Shown here one piece after another: positions 1 to 12,513 of a stretch of DNA of 64,000 nt; within the stretch, counting starts at the first letter, position 1; each line of letters opens with the position of its first letter. The notes under the pieces were generated by a model. That model had not been told where the DNA came from. It saw only the letters and a program-made list of their open reading frames with translations, and did no database searches. Origin of the DNA: Lama guanicoe (lineage: Eukaryota); contig MU053513.1 in assembly GCA_013239625.1 (NCBI GenBank), forward strand, positions 2,344,927 through 2,408,926, written 5' to 3'. Position numbers and translations under genes: made by a program.

Positions 1-1594
1 TGTTTGAGGAAAAGAGTTGAGTCGATAGCTGTCACGTCTCTAGGTGGCGGAAATCAACTTGCATGGGGGCTTAGAGGACACCGCGGAGCAGGCAGAAAAA
101 GATATTCCCCCAACAGGCCTTCGTACACCTCTGCTGCAGCCCGTGGGGTCGGCTGAGGCACCTTTATTCTGCTGCTTGCATTTCTTGTCTTTTCAGCCTC
201 TTATAGATGGAGAACCGCGGCCCACCTTGGAAGCCAGTGGATTAAATAATACTTGTGTTTCTGGGCACAAGGAACACCAAGAGCCGGCAGCCGTCCCGTC
301 CACACCGTCCCCGGGGCAGAGAGCCCGGGGGGGCCACGTGAACCCACAGCCACCCCCGGCCACTCAGGCACCTCAGGGGGTGCCATCACATCCCGTAACA
401 GATCAGGCGTACCCACGGGAGAGAGGAAGGTGACGAAAACACCCAGTGACTGGCCAGTTTATAGTCAAGCTAGAAGAAGAAATCACGGCAAAGTTAGCAT
501 CTATGAAAACAACAACAACAGCAATATATTTTAGGTTCACTTCATAAAATGCGAACCACGTGGCTGCATTCCATTCCATGCCTGTCCTCTGCAAGTATCT
601 GATTCTACACGGTGGACTGCCGCCAAGTAGGAACTTCCCCTGTTGCGCTGGCAGCTTGATGAACGTTCACTAGATAATAACTCTAGCAGAATCAACTCTC
701 TGGAATTCACGATACCTTTGAGATGTCCTTCACATTATGGATGAGCTATTAATCTAGTTCCGTGACAGTGATCACTCTGAGTCATTACTCTGCTAATTAA
801 TACTCAAGAAATGATGGGGAACAGAGAGTTGTAAACTTGCTAATGTGTTAAGTACGACCAGAAATGAGATTATTAGGTAGAATTGAAATGCTTGGTCCAT
901 TATTATCACAAATAATTTACAGTGGAAAATGAGATTAAAAATACTCACCATAACTTAGTTTGGAAAGCAATGATAACAGAGCTTTTTCATGACAATTTAT
1001 AGTCCACCTAGGGAGAATGGATTTGGTTTCTATACGGATATGGCATGATTTAAGGGTCTACGTCCACATAATAATATATTTTAAGGTTGTCTCCAGTGCG
1101 ACATGACATTAATTTTCTCCAGCTTTCTGCACACTGATGAGCCTGGAGTCCAGGGACAGAGGCAGGATGCAGACTGATGCTTCATGCCTGAGCCCCTCTG
1201 AGGACCCAACGCTGGCCTTGGCTGAGAATGAACCAGGTGGCCACCATGACGCTTGGAATCTGAGTTTGCCATTTGCAAATTACACCCTTCACTCACCTGG
1301 CACTTTTGGTCTTGCAGCAAATATTGAATCAGTCTCTCCAAGGAAAGGAAGGTTTTTATTTATTGAGTTAAATCAATACTGAATACACACTATGTGCCAG
1401 ACACAATGGCAAGTGCCAGAGATCCAAATGTGGCTGGAGACCGGACCCCCTCTCGTAAGGAGGTTACACGTTACTCAGCGAGGTGAGGCGGAGGGGGAGG
1501 TGCAAGAGAGCCCAGTAGGGGCCCTGGTGGGGTCTGACTCAGACAGGGGGGTCAGGGAACGCTTGTAGGACTAGGACCTGCTGCATCTGAAGCA

Positions 1595-1785
1595 GTGGAG
1601 TGAGGGGTTAAGAGTTTTGGCTCTTGAGCCCTGGAGACCTGGATTCAAATCCCAGCTCCATCACTTGCTTGCTGTACGACTTTGGCCAGCAGTTTCCTGT
1701 CTTCAAGCTTCGTATGTAGAATGATGATAATAATGTTTCCTTCCTGGGGTCATCATAAAGGTCCAGTGAAATGGCACATGGACTC
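1595..1785 (+). mobile_element. MIR SINE, preceded by an L2 3' fragment (about 1355-1570, minus)
   Basis: gacctggattcaaatcccagctccatcacttgcttgctgt...gtagaatgatgataataat resembles the MIR core; approximate ends. Confidence 0.7.
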
Positions 1786-4700
1786 CTACCAAGCACAGGA
1801 CCAGCAGGCGGTACATGCAGGAAACATAACAGCCTTTCACGTTACGGTGAAGAACCAGCAGTCATCAACCAAATTAAGAAGGAGGGCAGGGACATCCCGA
1901 GATGAGGGCAAAGGGACAGGGATCTGTGGGGTGACTTCCTTTATAAGTTCCTCAGTGGGAGTGGAAGAGATGAGGCAAAAGTGGCTGTGGGTGCCAGGTC
2001 CTGGGGGTTTGTGTGCTGAACTGGGGACTGTGAACTCTGTTCTAAAAGCTTTGGAGACCTGCTGAGGGGTTTAGGTGACAGAGGGAGATGTGTGGTTTCC
2101 CCAGCAGCACAGTGGTGTTTGGAGAGGAAAGAGAAAGACCAGAGTTGGAGAGAGTGGTCAGTAGTCTTGCTTCAGTACCAAACGGAAGAGGAAAAGGTTG
2201 CCCACCAGGCACAGGACTTTTAATCAGTGTCTGAGTCCGCAGGGTTTTGAACAATGTGTCCCTCATCTGCTGTCGTGGCCCTTCAGACAGCCGCTGCTTC
2301 CATCTGTGGTTTTACGTACAAAGGTGGGGCTATCATTCTTCCTAACGAGTCCATGTGCTTAATAGTTTAGGGGCTACTGGAAGTTTTCTTGCCAATGAAT
2401 GACTCCCGGAAGTAAGTCCCACCTTTGGGTGGGAGGGACGAGAAGGCCAGGCCTCTAGGAGAGCTGGATGGGAAATGACAGCTCCGGGCTGGTGGGGGTG
2501 AACCTACCCACACTTCTTGGAAATCAGGCACTCATGGATTGCTCAGCTGTCCCTGTCCTATTCTGTCCCCTCCCTCAGCTCATGCACACAGCAGCCGAGA
2601 TTCCCTTTGGTCACAGCCACACTAAGCCAATGGACATGACTGCAGAAGTGGTCCAGGGTTTGATCTTTCTGTGCCTTGGTTTCCCTGGCAATCAGATTCT
2701 TCTTAAAAGTGTGTGAGTTTGATTAGATTGGAAAGCAGTGCGACTGTGTCTTAGACCAGAGGTCATCAGGGCTGTCAAGGTTCTTATGTGCCATGGGACC
2801 CTTTGTTGTATGACAGCCTGTATGTAACACAGAGAGGTTGATCTGCTCTTGACGAAGTGGGGCCGGAGGGACCAGTGTTTTCTTCTCTCGGCTCCTTGCC
2901 CTTGTCCCACCGGAGAGGGTCAGTAGAAAGCCGAAGCCGGGTGTTTCAGTAACGCCCTGAGCGTCAGACACTGACAGGCAGAGAGTGAATGTTTTCTCCC
3001 GCAGGCACCTTGTGAACCTTCTGTCCCCTGTGACTGAATCCTGTCCAAGTGACACTCAGGAGACTGAAGGCAGAAACCCCATCTCATTCATTGTTGATTA
3101 TGTCCCCAAGTGCCAAACAACACAGGTTAGCTGAATGAATCGAAGTCTCTGATTTACTTAGTAAATGAATTCTTTGGAGAGTACTAGCTGTATCTCAGAG
3201 CCTGAAAGGGTTAATTTATCCCAAATGAACAGCTGGCTCTCCTTTTGTTTGCTGAAATCTGGCCCCATGTGATGTCCTGCAAGGAGCTGGAGGCCACGGG
3301 AAGCCAATTCTCAATGGTGAAGAAAAGTGGGACTGGATTCACAGAGGAGACCATTCATCAGTGCTCGCCGAGCGTCTCCTTAAAAAGCCCTAATGGGTAT
3401 CCACGCGTGTGGATCGGTGAGTCCCTTCACCTGGTAAATTCACGCGTGCTTAACACACACCAGAGCTGTGCCAAGAATTCCTCATCTATTATCTCGTGGA
3501 ATTATCAAGGACAGGGCCATTTGTTCACTCGATACGTATGGCGCATCCACTATAAGCCAGGACAATAAATACCTATGTCCTGCGCACCACGGCTCCCAAC
3601 AGCAACCCACGGACACGAATCTCTGCCCTCGAGGAGTTTATATTCAGGTGCACTCAGCCAGCTTGAGGTCAGTCATCTCAGGAAAACTTCCCTACCACTT
3701 TTGGCCCTGGTGATGTCTTACCTCTGTAAGTCCTAGAGCTCATGACACACATACCAGCTGGCCCACTACGTTCTTAGCTTCTTTCAAAATTAAGGTAAAA
3801 GGGGAAATGTTCAGACCAGCAGCAGGGCTAATTGACGAGTTGCTTTTTCATCCTCTGGTGGCAGACACTGTTTGCAAGAGTCATTTGACTCCAAGTGGCT
3901 TTGCTGTGTTTATTATATTTCCATCTGGGTATACCGATCTAGCATAAGCCTCAAGGAGGCAAGAGCTGTGTCCTAGTCTTTGAACCGCTTTCCCCTCCCA
4001 AATTCTTGGTACCTCTCAGTGCAACTCTCACGTCCTTAGGATAATATTAATAATTATTTTATAGATCTTACAGTATAATATTAATGTATTAGTAATACTA
4101 ATGCTATTAATAATCTTTCCTGAGCACTAACTATGTGCTGGGCATGGTGTCACACACTCTACATCCATGATCTCATATAACCCTCACCATCACATGTTTG
4201 CTTTTATCATCCTTTTCTTGTGCCCATTTTGTAGATGAGGACAGCAAGGCTCAAGGTCACCAGTTGGGAACTGAGCGCCTGGTGGTTCAGCCCATGTGTC
4301 CTGGACATAAAGATGAAAGGAACTTGGGAATCAGTCTGTGCTGCTCCCGGCTGCTCCCTTCTTATCCTCCCTAAACAGGCGTCACAACCGTACAGGATGC
4401 TGTGTCCAGCCTAACCCTCCGCACCCGACAGCACGCAGCACACTTCTTTTCTCTGACAGGATGCCGGATGGAAAGATCCTTCTGAAGAGTTCTTGCTGAA
4501 AGCACCTTGTGAGAACAACTAGCAAACATGCGGCATGATGTCCGAGGAACAGAAATTCAGAGTAGGGGGCAATACATGTTGCAAGGACAGTGGTATCCTG
4601 ACTTGCTACTGTCAGTTCATAAATTGTTCCCATCCCACGTGTGGGAAGTTGTGCTGAACTAACTCTGAGTAAAAGAAATGACAGGTTAACGTGCCTTTCA

Positions 4701-4989
4701 TTTGTTTTCCATAATAAATGGAATATTTCCTTGAACACTTTAAATCATTAACATTTCAATTTGTTGATGCTCCTTCCTCCTGGCGTCCTAATGGCAACGT
4801 TACATAATTATACCTGCCAGCTAACCAGCAGCTTTGATGGCTCTTTGCGGCCCGTAGGTGCTGCTGCCGCCGCCTTTGTTAGCCAGTTGATTTGAGGAGA
4901 CAGTTTGCTTTTTCACACCATCCTACCGACTTTCTGCACGTAGGCTGTTAAATGGGGAGACAAGCCAGTGCCTTAAGTGATGACGAACC

Positions 4990-5215
4990 GAGTGAGGATC
5001 CAAACTCGCTCTTGCCACGTACCAGGCGCTGTTCCAGGCACTTTACATGTATTCGCTTATTTAATCCACCTACAACTCTCTGAGGCAGAAAGTCTATTAT
5101 TATCATCACAGCCACTTCTAATGGCGAAGAAGCTGAGACACAGAGAGACTGAGCAACGTGCTCGAGGCTCATACTTCTTGGCACCTGTGTGGTTTGCTCC
5201 AGACTCTCCAGCCTT
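4990..5215 (-). mobile_element. MIR SINE
   Basis: ccaggcactttacatgtatt...tttaatcc...gaagctgagacacagagag matches the reverse MIR core. Confidence 0.7.
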
Positions 5216-6241
5216 CCTCACTACATTGTGTCTTCCCTGAGGATGCGTGAGGCCAGGCAGTTCACAACGTCCCCGCCCGCCTGTAACCTGACTCTTACCT
5301 GTAAACTAGCACTGCGGCTGCGCTGTCTCTGTTTTAAGGAGGGTGGGAGAAAGGGGGCGAAGTGGTAATGGCACGGTTATGTCCTCTTCACCATCCTTGC
5401 ACCAAATCTCCACATTTCAGGTTTTGCCTCAAGGCCCATGGCCTTTGAGAAGTTGCTAGGTTTAAAACACGTGAAGGCATAAGCAAGCTTAAAACCACCC
5501 CAGGTTCGCCATGTGAAGATCAGGACCGAGGCCATGTACAGGTCAGCAGGCGTTCCTGAAAACTAGGAAATTTTCTGAACTTATCGGCATCTCTACTTTA
5601 AATGAAAGATGAATTTTCAACTGGGCTTCCGCAAATCGGGCCCTGAACGTTTCTCGGTGCATCTGTTAGTGCACATCAGACTCTGCCGGGGCACGTGCCA
5701 GGTAGCCTAAGACAGCAACAGAGATGTATGTACGTTCCCTTTAAAGCGATACATCAAAACAATTACGCCTGTGCTTTTGGTCTTAGAAGCACAAACCGAG
5801 GCTACTGATGTGGAAAGGGAAAGAGACTCAGAGGAATATTTTAATTTTAGAAAACAGGCCTTCCCGTCAAAGAAATTTCCCTCTTTAATTCATTAAAAAT
5901 TACCACATTCCTTTGAAATGAGAATAAAACTAATATTTCTTAATGCTTGTTCATCATTAATATGATGCCAATTATTGCATTACTTTTGGTTGATAAATAT
6001 TCAGAGGATAAATGAAGCCCGTAAGATGGATTAATTATCCAGCAGTACAAACAAAAACTTTCAATATTTTATGCCACATAATTAAGTGCTGTTTGTTGTT
6101 TCTAGAACCAGGACGTGGGACATGTTAATTAATTGCTTCGAGAAGACAGTAAGACATGTTTCATGGTTCATGTCTGGAATCAGATATTTATAAACACTGT
6201 GCAACACTGCTGATGAATTACACTCGCAGAGTACATCCTAC

Positions 6242-6349
6242 CTGCAGAAGTCTGGGGGCACCATGCCGTAAACATTGATCCTGTCACAGAGCTCCAGGGC
6301 AATCGTCATTGTGAACCAGCCGGTGCTGAGCCAAGTGTTGGAGATCTTT
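6242..6349 (-). CDS. ST6GALNAC5: ST6GALNAC5 internal coding exon (exon 4 by human numbering), 108 bp, contains sialylmotif S
   Basis: Minus strand reads tttcag|A AAG ATC TCC AAC ACT TGG...TTC TGC AG|gtagga and translates to (R)KISNTWLSTGWFTMTIALELCDRINVYGMVPPDFC(R). STG...A...CD...YG is sialylmotif S of GT29 enzymes. Phase 2 at both ends, in frame with the upstream exon. Too short to appear in the ORF track. Confidence 0.96.
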
Positions 6350-6449
6350 CTGAAAGGAACAACAATTAAGTCTGCAGGCTGGTCAAACAATCATTATACC
6401 CCCTCCATCTTAAATCTTTTCTAGAACAAGGCTGAAAGGCTGACTATAA

Positions 6450-6493
6450 ACACACACACACACACACACACACACTCTCTCTCTCTCTCTCTC
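6450..6493. repeat. Compound (CA)n(CT)n microsatellite about 100 bp upstream of the exon-4 acceptor
   Basis: Direct reading: acacac...acactctc...ctc. Confidence 0.95.
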
Positions 6494-9400
6494 CATTTGG
6501 TAAATAGCTGGAAATTTGGAAATAGCAGGGAGAAACGCGTTACCAGCACGGCCGGATTCCACAGTGCCATGATAAACGAGGCTGCTGCCCCACCACCGTG
6601 GAGACTCCAGAGACTTCTGCATAATCAGTGATGATCATCCTCGTCTCCATGTTCAAGTGCGTATCACCACAATGTAAGGTGAGAATCCTCCTGCGTCAAC
6701 TCCTTATTAACTAGAATACTTGACTAGCTATAAATATCCCCTTCCCCCAAGCAGAGTGGATAATGAAGAGCTTATTAAATATGAATAAACAAAGTTGTGT
6801 CTATTGGTCAACTGATCAATTGATCAATCAAATGATCTTAGGGTAGAAGCTAGCCTTCAACTAGACTCACACCATCTTGATGGAACGTCTTTCCTTGGAA
6901 AGGAAGAGGATGGGGCTAATGACCAGAGGAAAAGGGCCACAGGAGTGTTTGTGTTTACTAGAGCATTCCCTTTATTTGACCTCAGAAGACCCAGAGCCCT
7001 CTGAAAATGTTCATTAGAACACCAAAAACTGACAAAATTTAAGGAATGAGCCTGTGAATTCTAACATCCATTCATTTGCCCATTCAAACATCTGTACGGA
7101 GCTCTGAACATACGCCAAGTCTAAGCGTAATTGTGAGGCAAACGTCCAGGTCTACTTTGACCCTGTGGGGATGACTCGGTCTCCTACGCTGTGCTGCTGC
7201 GGATATTAATTTCAATTCTTTGGGGGTTGCTGCATTCACCTTCTTTTTTTCCCAGTGCTTATGGCATGCCTCATTAGCCAGTTTCAAACACCTTATCCCC
7301 AAGGTCAGACTGTCTGCCTTTGCGCGGCCATAGCACCATGTGTGATGTGAATAACAGAGTTTCAGAAAAGCTTTCCTACTTGCACTGTGTAGCACCCCTC
7401 TTTGAGAAGAAAGAGTTTTTGTTAAACCGTTTGCATCATTTCCATTTCACTTAAGGAATAACACCCCACAAAGGGCATTTTAAGAAGTCTTTTGCTTTGT
7501 CACATACCTGACAGGAATGGGTAATTTACTCATTTCTGAACTCATGGCTTCCACTTTCTAGTTCTTAATCCTTTCACTTATTTGTATTTTCCATTCCATT
7601 GTATCCTGATCCAGTAACACCCCAGCTTCTAAAGATGGAAGTAACATGGATTTGTGTCTTACTCGTCTCTATCATTCACCAGCTGAATGACCTGAGGCAG
7701 GTTACTGCTGTTCTTTGAACCTTGATTTTTTTTACCTAGAAAGAAATCTTATCTAGAAAGCAGGCATGGTACACTCCATTTTCCTGGGCTTTTCTGAGTC
7801 CAAAAAGAGAGAACATCATAAAAAGTATCTAGCCTGCTGTGTTGATGCATCGGGATCCCTTCCTTCTCTCTTGATTGCTAGGTTGGAGCACCTGCTGTGA
7901 ATAATTCCACCATTCCTCTCAGTGCCTTTTAACACACAAAGAGACAGATCTTCTTCCAACGTCTGCTACTGGCTCCTGTGTGGGAGCCACCATCAGTAGT
8001 CAGGGCAGTAATCAGAAAATTCTGGAGCCTCCAGCCTACATAGGTCTTAATAAGCCCCCTTCTTTCTCACCACGGCAATATAATCATAAGACCTTTGGGA
8101 CTGAAGGAGAGGAACGGAGCAGAGCTGAGTATGGGGACAGGAAGGGGAGGAGGTGCCTGGCCTCAAGTTAGAGCTTGTCTTCACCCACGTGACTGTGACC
8201 TGGCGACGGCCAGTTGTTCTAGACTTAAACTGCATGAGTGACTATGTGGGAGGATGTGGAGCCCAGGAGGAGAATGATAGCTCATTGACATCCTCAGATT
8301 CTTGATCCAGGAATCACACCCATGTCACTATGCCTTCGAGATGTGGGAAACAAGAGGGCTTTTCCCAGTGGCCGAAACACCCCTGTAATTTTGGCTCTCT
8401 TTTGTGTGATGTAGTAGAAACCACAAAAATACAGGAGGATGGGACTCTACAGAAAAAGCTTTCATATGTAAAAATGGGGAGAATAAAAAGTGGAGAACTA
8501 AAGAAACTCAGGTGAGTGTTCTTTGCCCCTTAAAATCCCCCAGTCTTACAAAATAATAGCCTCTGGGGATCACATGCTATAGAAATACAACTGCTTTGTG
8601 CTGTCTTTCTAAAATGATTTGAACTCCTTTTCCAACAAAGGAATATCTACTGTTTTTACACTTAATCAGCTGTAATGAAGGAATATGAAGAGCTGTCATG
8701 TGCTTATTAGGGAAAATTATCAGATATTCTTTTATATGATGAAGTAACACACTGAGCTGATAATTCTATAGTGCACACTAAATTACAATTAAAGGCCTTT
8801 CTGCTCCACCAGAATCTCATTTATAATCTCTATGGAAATATTCTTCCTACACTTATTTCATTTATGCTTCCTTTATCTAATTACAATAATATTGGTTCTG
8901 AATCATATTTTCCTAATGTCTCCTTATTCAATTATAAAGTTATTTTCAAGTACAGTTACTTTCTAATATCAAAGAGTACCACTTGGCCATCTGTGTCATT
9001 TGTCATGCTTCTCAACTGCAGACTGTTCCTAAGCCACTTTTTCTCCCTCCACTTTTAAGGAGGGCGAAACTCCCATAAATCAAAAATCTATTGAATTTAG
9101 CCTGCAATGAATGTCCTGATCATGAGCTGTACAAAATTGGATATTCTACACTTTGTGTGTCTTTAATACATGCTCCTGTTTTGTTAGGTTTCAAGAAACA
9201 TACAGAAGAAATACTGTCAGACCCTAAAAGTTTTTGTGTTTTAGTCTACAGAAGTAGCTCTGTACTGAAGGGCTGTTTCTGACCTTGCTCTTTTAGCTCA
9301 GAGTAGCCTGTAGATTAAGGACATGGACACATGAGACTATTGAGAAGTACAATATTTGCTTCTCTAAGACTGTTCCCTAGAGGTAACAGTCACAAGTGCT

Positions 9401-10418
9401 CAGTGACAATGTGCTCTGGTTCCCTACAAATCCATCAGTGTGATCCCCTGAGTAGGGACTGTGTGGATCCTAGCAGATGGATGAGAGGCTTGGTAGCCAA
9501 TCCACAAAATGTTGTCTCTCCCCTTCCCATCTGGGCTCACTAAGGAAGGACACAGACTATTGAGCAAAAGGTTTTCACTGATCAGAATTTAATGAATTTA
9601 GTGAGTGGGTTATGTCTTGATGTGAGGTTGTTTTCTAAAGATCTAAGGGTGGAATGGCTAGTCTCCAAGTTATCAACTCAACCCCTTAAGATCCAGAGAA
9701 ACATGTAATTATCCTAAATAGCTAACACTGCATCAGAGTTTCAGGAATACTTAAATTCAGCAAACAATCATCAAACTAAAAAGAGAGAAGTGTTTTCTAC
9801 TGAAGAGAATGCTTCTACTTATTTTGAATTTTCCAACCAGACAAAAAGGAAACTATAAATAATGTTTCTCATTCTTCTTCCCTTATAAAAATGCTCTCTT
9901 AGTTAAATAACTCATTCAAATGAGCACCAGTCTCTCTTATTTGTGGTTTTTAAAGGACAATAAGTGATTGGATTTCGTGACAGCTTGTAATGACGACCAG
10001 GATCCCTCATGGGATCTACTGGCTGGGCTAACCATGGAGTCACCTGGGCCTCCAGGGAAGGAGACCACGGCACCCGCAGCCACGGCCCCCTCTCCTCGAT
10101 CCGGTAGATGCCAGGCCCCCTGCTTGCCTGGATCAGCTCTCAAATGGCTACAAGGTTTCCAGGGTTTAAAAAGAAAGCTCTTTCCTGCAAAGAATTTGGG
10201 GACTATGGGCTTTGGTCTTTCTTAAGACTCTTCTCTATAATGAGCTGCCTAAAGTAGCCAAAAGGACTTAGTACTTCATATTCTTTATTTTGTGTGTTAT
10301 ATCTCTTTAGTTTAAAGATAAGAAATTGACTCAGTAACAGTTTTTGTAAGAGAAGGGGGCAAATTACATGATTAAATGTATTCATTTAAACAATAAGTGT
10401 ATTAATTATAAAAGTATA

Positions 10419-10560
10419 TATATATATATTAATTTTGGGAGGTGTGGGTAGGTAATTAGGTTTATTTATTTGTTTATTTCTTAACGGAGGAACTGGGGAT
10501 TGAACCCAGGACGTGTGCGTGCTAAGGACATGCTCTACAACTGAGCTATACCTTCCTCCC
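10419..10560 (-). mobile_element. tRNA-derived SINE, camelid Vic-1-like, with 10-bp TSD
   Basis: Minus strand GGGAGGAAGGTATAGCTCAGTTGTAGAGCATG...GGTTCAATCCCCAG carries Pol III A and B boxes and an AT-rich tail; direct repeat taaaagtata at 10409-10418 and 10561-10570. Confidence 0.85.
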
Positions 10561-11056
10561 TAAAAGTATACGTTTTTGAATTAAGAAAATGAGGAAGATG
10601 AATTATTAAATCAGTCCTACGAGGCCCTTTTTAACAGGCAGTCACTGCCCTTTTCACATGTGAGGTCACAGACAGGTTAGCTATGTTGTCCAGGGCCATA
10701 CAACTAATGAGGGATGGAATCAGAATTCCAACCCAGAGCTGTGCACTTGGAATACTCTGTGCTGCTCCTTTCAATACCTGGCTGTCCTTCTCTTCACCTA
10801 GATTTGGCCAGCTCCTGACCCTTTATCTCTGCCTCACCTCCAAACACTCCCCACCAGCCCTCCTGACAGCAGCCAGAGGGACTTCTCTCCAACCGCCTGC
10901 TCATTCTCTCACCTCTGAGCCCTAGTACCCATAAGGACCCTTCTCTCTCCCCTTCTCAGGTTCTTCTTTACTCGGATAAATACTTATAGGCCTAGGTCTC
11001 AGCTTAAATACACCTTTTTGAGAAAGTCTTTCTGTCACCCCCTCATCTCCTGGACT

Positions 11057-11460
11057 AGTGTTTTTCAAAATATTTTGACCTAGAGTGAGAAATACATTTT
11101 ACATCAAGATTGAGCATATATGATCGCACGTATTATGCACAGTTTTCATTTCATCTTATTTTTTTAAGTGTGTAATTCATTGGTTTTGAGTATATCCACA
11201 GGGTTGGGCCATCACCATCACTATCTAATTCCAGGGCAATCTCATCACCTTAAAAAGAAGCCCCTGGGTATGTATAAAACCAAAATGAATTTTATTCCAG
11301 GAAATAATACTTTGCCTTGCTTACAATGAGGAATGAATGCTCACATTGTCCGTTTTATTCTATTCTTTTCATTGCATTAAAAAAAAATCTTGCAGTGACT
11401 CACTACATTCATTTCATGTCCCATTACTGAGTTGTAACCTACAGTTTGGTAGACCTTGCC
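11057..11460. mobile_element. Old hAT-Charlie-type non-autonomous DNA transposon with a nested L1 3' fragment (about 11160-11262)
   Basis: Ends tagtgtttttcaaa ... cagtttggtagaccttg resemble Charlie/MER terminal inverted repeats; internal tatatccacagggttgggccatcaccatcactatctaattccag is L1MB/ME-like. Confidence 0.45.
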
Positions 11461-12039
11461 GTAAACTACAGCAGGCCTCCCTGTCCCACCAGTCAGAGGA
11501 CTGTTTTCTTCCTCTTGGAGGACCTAGCACACTGGCCACTACTTGGTGATCGTGTCGGCCTGCCCTGTAAGACGATATTCTGGGAGGGCAGTGTCTAGAT
11601 GTGCCTTATTTTTCACTGTCTCCCCAGTGCCAAGTGCAGGGAAGTAGTGGGTACTCAATAAGTATCTGTTGACTGAATAAATATTTGCCTTTGAAAGAGA
11701 AAAATAACCCTATACATTTCTTTTTGGTTAGTGTCCACACAAGGCAAATGTAATGCAGTAAATCTATTATTTTGCACTTACTACCAGTGGAAGGAAGCCA
11801 GCAGCTGTGTTGCCTCTTCCTCCAAAATAGGGATCTGGCCACGAGTTACCCATATAAATGTCTCAGTGCTTCCTTTCACTGTGCCCTATAAATTCAGCTG
11901 GCGCAGCCCTGTCTCCAGGAGGACCCTCCCGAGGAACTCAGTCGATGAGTGGCACGAGCAGTGGGGCCGTAACAAAAAGCCCTTGGCAAAAGCTTCGCTT
12001 GTGGTGAATAAGCCAGCAGGGACATTTCCTCGCCCTCCT

Positions 12040-12500
12040 CTGTGCCGGGGCCCCGCCTCACCCCGGCCCCAGCCCAGCCCCATCCCCGCCCCGCGCCGGG
12101 TACCTGTCTTTGCCGGTCTCGCGCTTGAAGAGCTCGTCGAACTGCAGCATCTTGTGGCGCGTGATCATGAAGGCCTTCAGCCGGGGCAGCACCTGGCTCA
12201 GGAGCTGCAGGTTGTTGTACACCTGGCCCTTGCCGTCGCGCCGCATGTAGCTGCTGGGGCCCCAGAAGATGAACACGGTGCCCTGGCTGACGTTGAGCAG
12301 GTCGTGCCGGTTGCGGAGGATCCTCTGGATGCTCGAATGCGCGATGACCCTCAGGCTGGTGCGGTTGCCCACGTCGCGCCCGTAGCCGCGCGTCGGGGCG
12401 TCATTCATGCGGATGACGCACTCGGTCTGGTCAATCTGGGGGCCTTGCCGGCTGCGCAGCAGGTGCCCGGAGCTCGTCACCAGGGCGCAGTCCCTGCAGT
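12040..12500. promoter_or_regulatory. Intragenic CpG-island-like segment covering the large exon and its donor flank
   Basis: Visibly dense CpG and high GC compared with CpG-poor flanks. Confidence 0.7.
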
Positions 12501-12513
12501 GCATTTTCAGTGG
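12104..12513 (-). CDS. ST6GALNAC5: ST6GALNAC5 internal coding exon (exon 3 by human numbering), 410 bp, contains sialylmotif L of alpha-N-acetylgalactosaminide alpha-2,6-sialyltransferase 5
   Basis: Inside ORF 12058..12546(-): PLKMHCRDCALVTSSGHLL...IDQTECVIRMNDAPTRGYGRDVGNRTSLR...FKRETGKDR. Acceptor ctcctccttccag|CCA with a CTGAT branch-point candidate upstream; donor CAG|gtaccc. Peptide recognised as ST6GALNAC5. Confidence 0.97.

Larger units (their letters stand above)
1..6241 (-). other. ST6GALNAC5: 5' part of the last intron of ST6GALNAC5; terminal exon not found in the window
   Basis: GT donor at 6241-6240; no sequence encoding the expected PYHYYEP motif was seen on the minus strand between 1 and 6241. 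Confidence 0.75.
6350..12103 (-). other. ST6GALNAC5: ST6GALNAC5 intron between the two coding exons (5754 bp, GT-AG, phase 2)
   Basis: GT at 12103-12102 and AG at 6351-6350; joining AG+A gives an Arg codon and a continuous frame. Confidence 0.93.

Noticed and set aside
10485..10560. tRNA-like sequence with A and B boxes
   Set aside because: Head of a SINE with a tail and TSD, and a second diverged copy at 30226-30373; not a tRNA gene.
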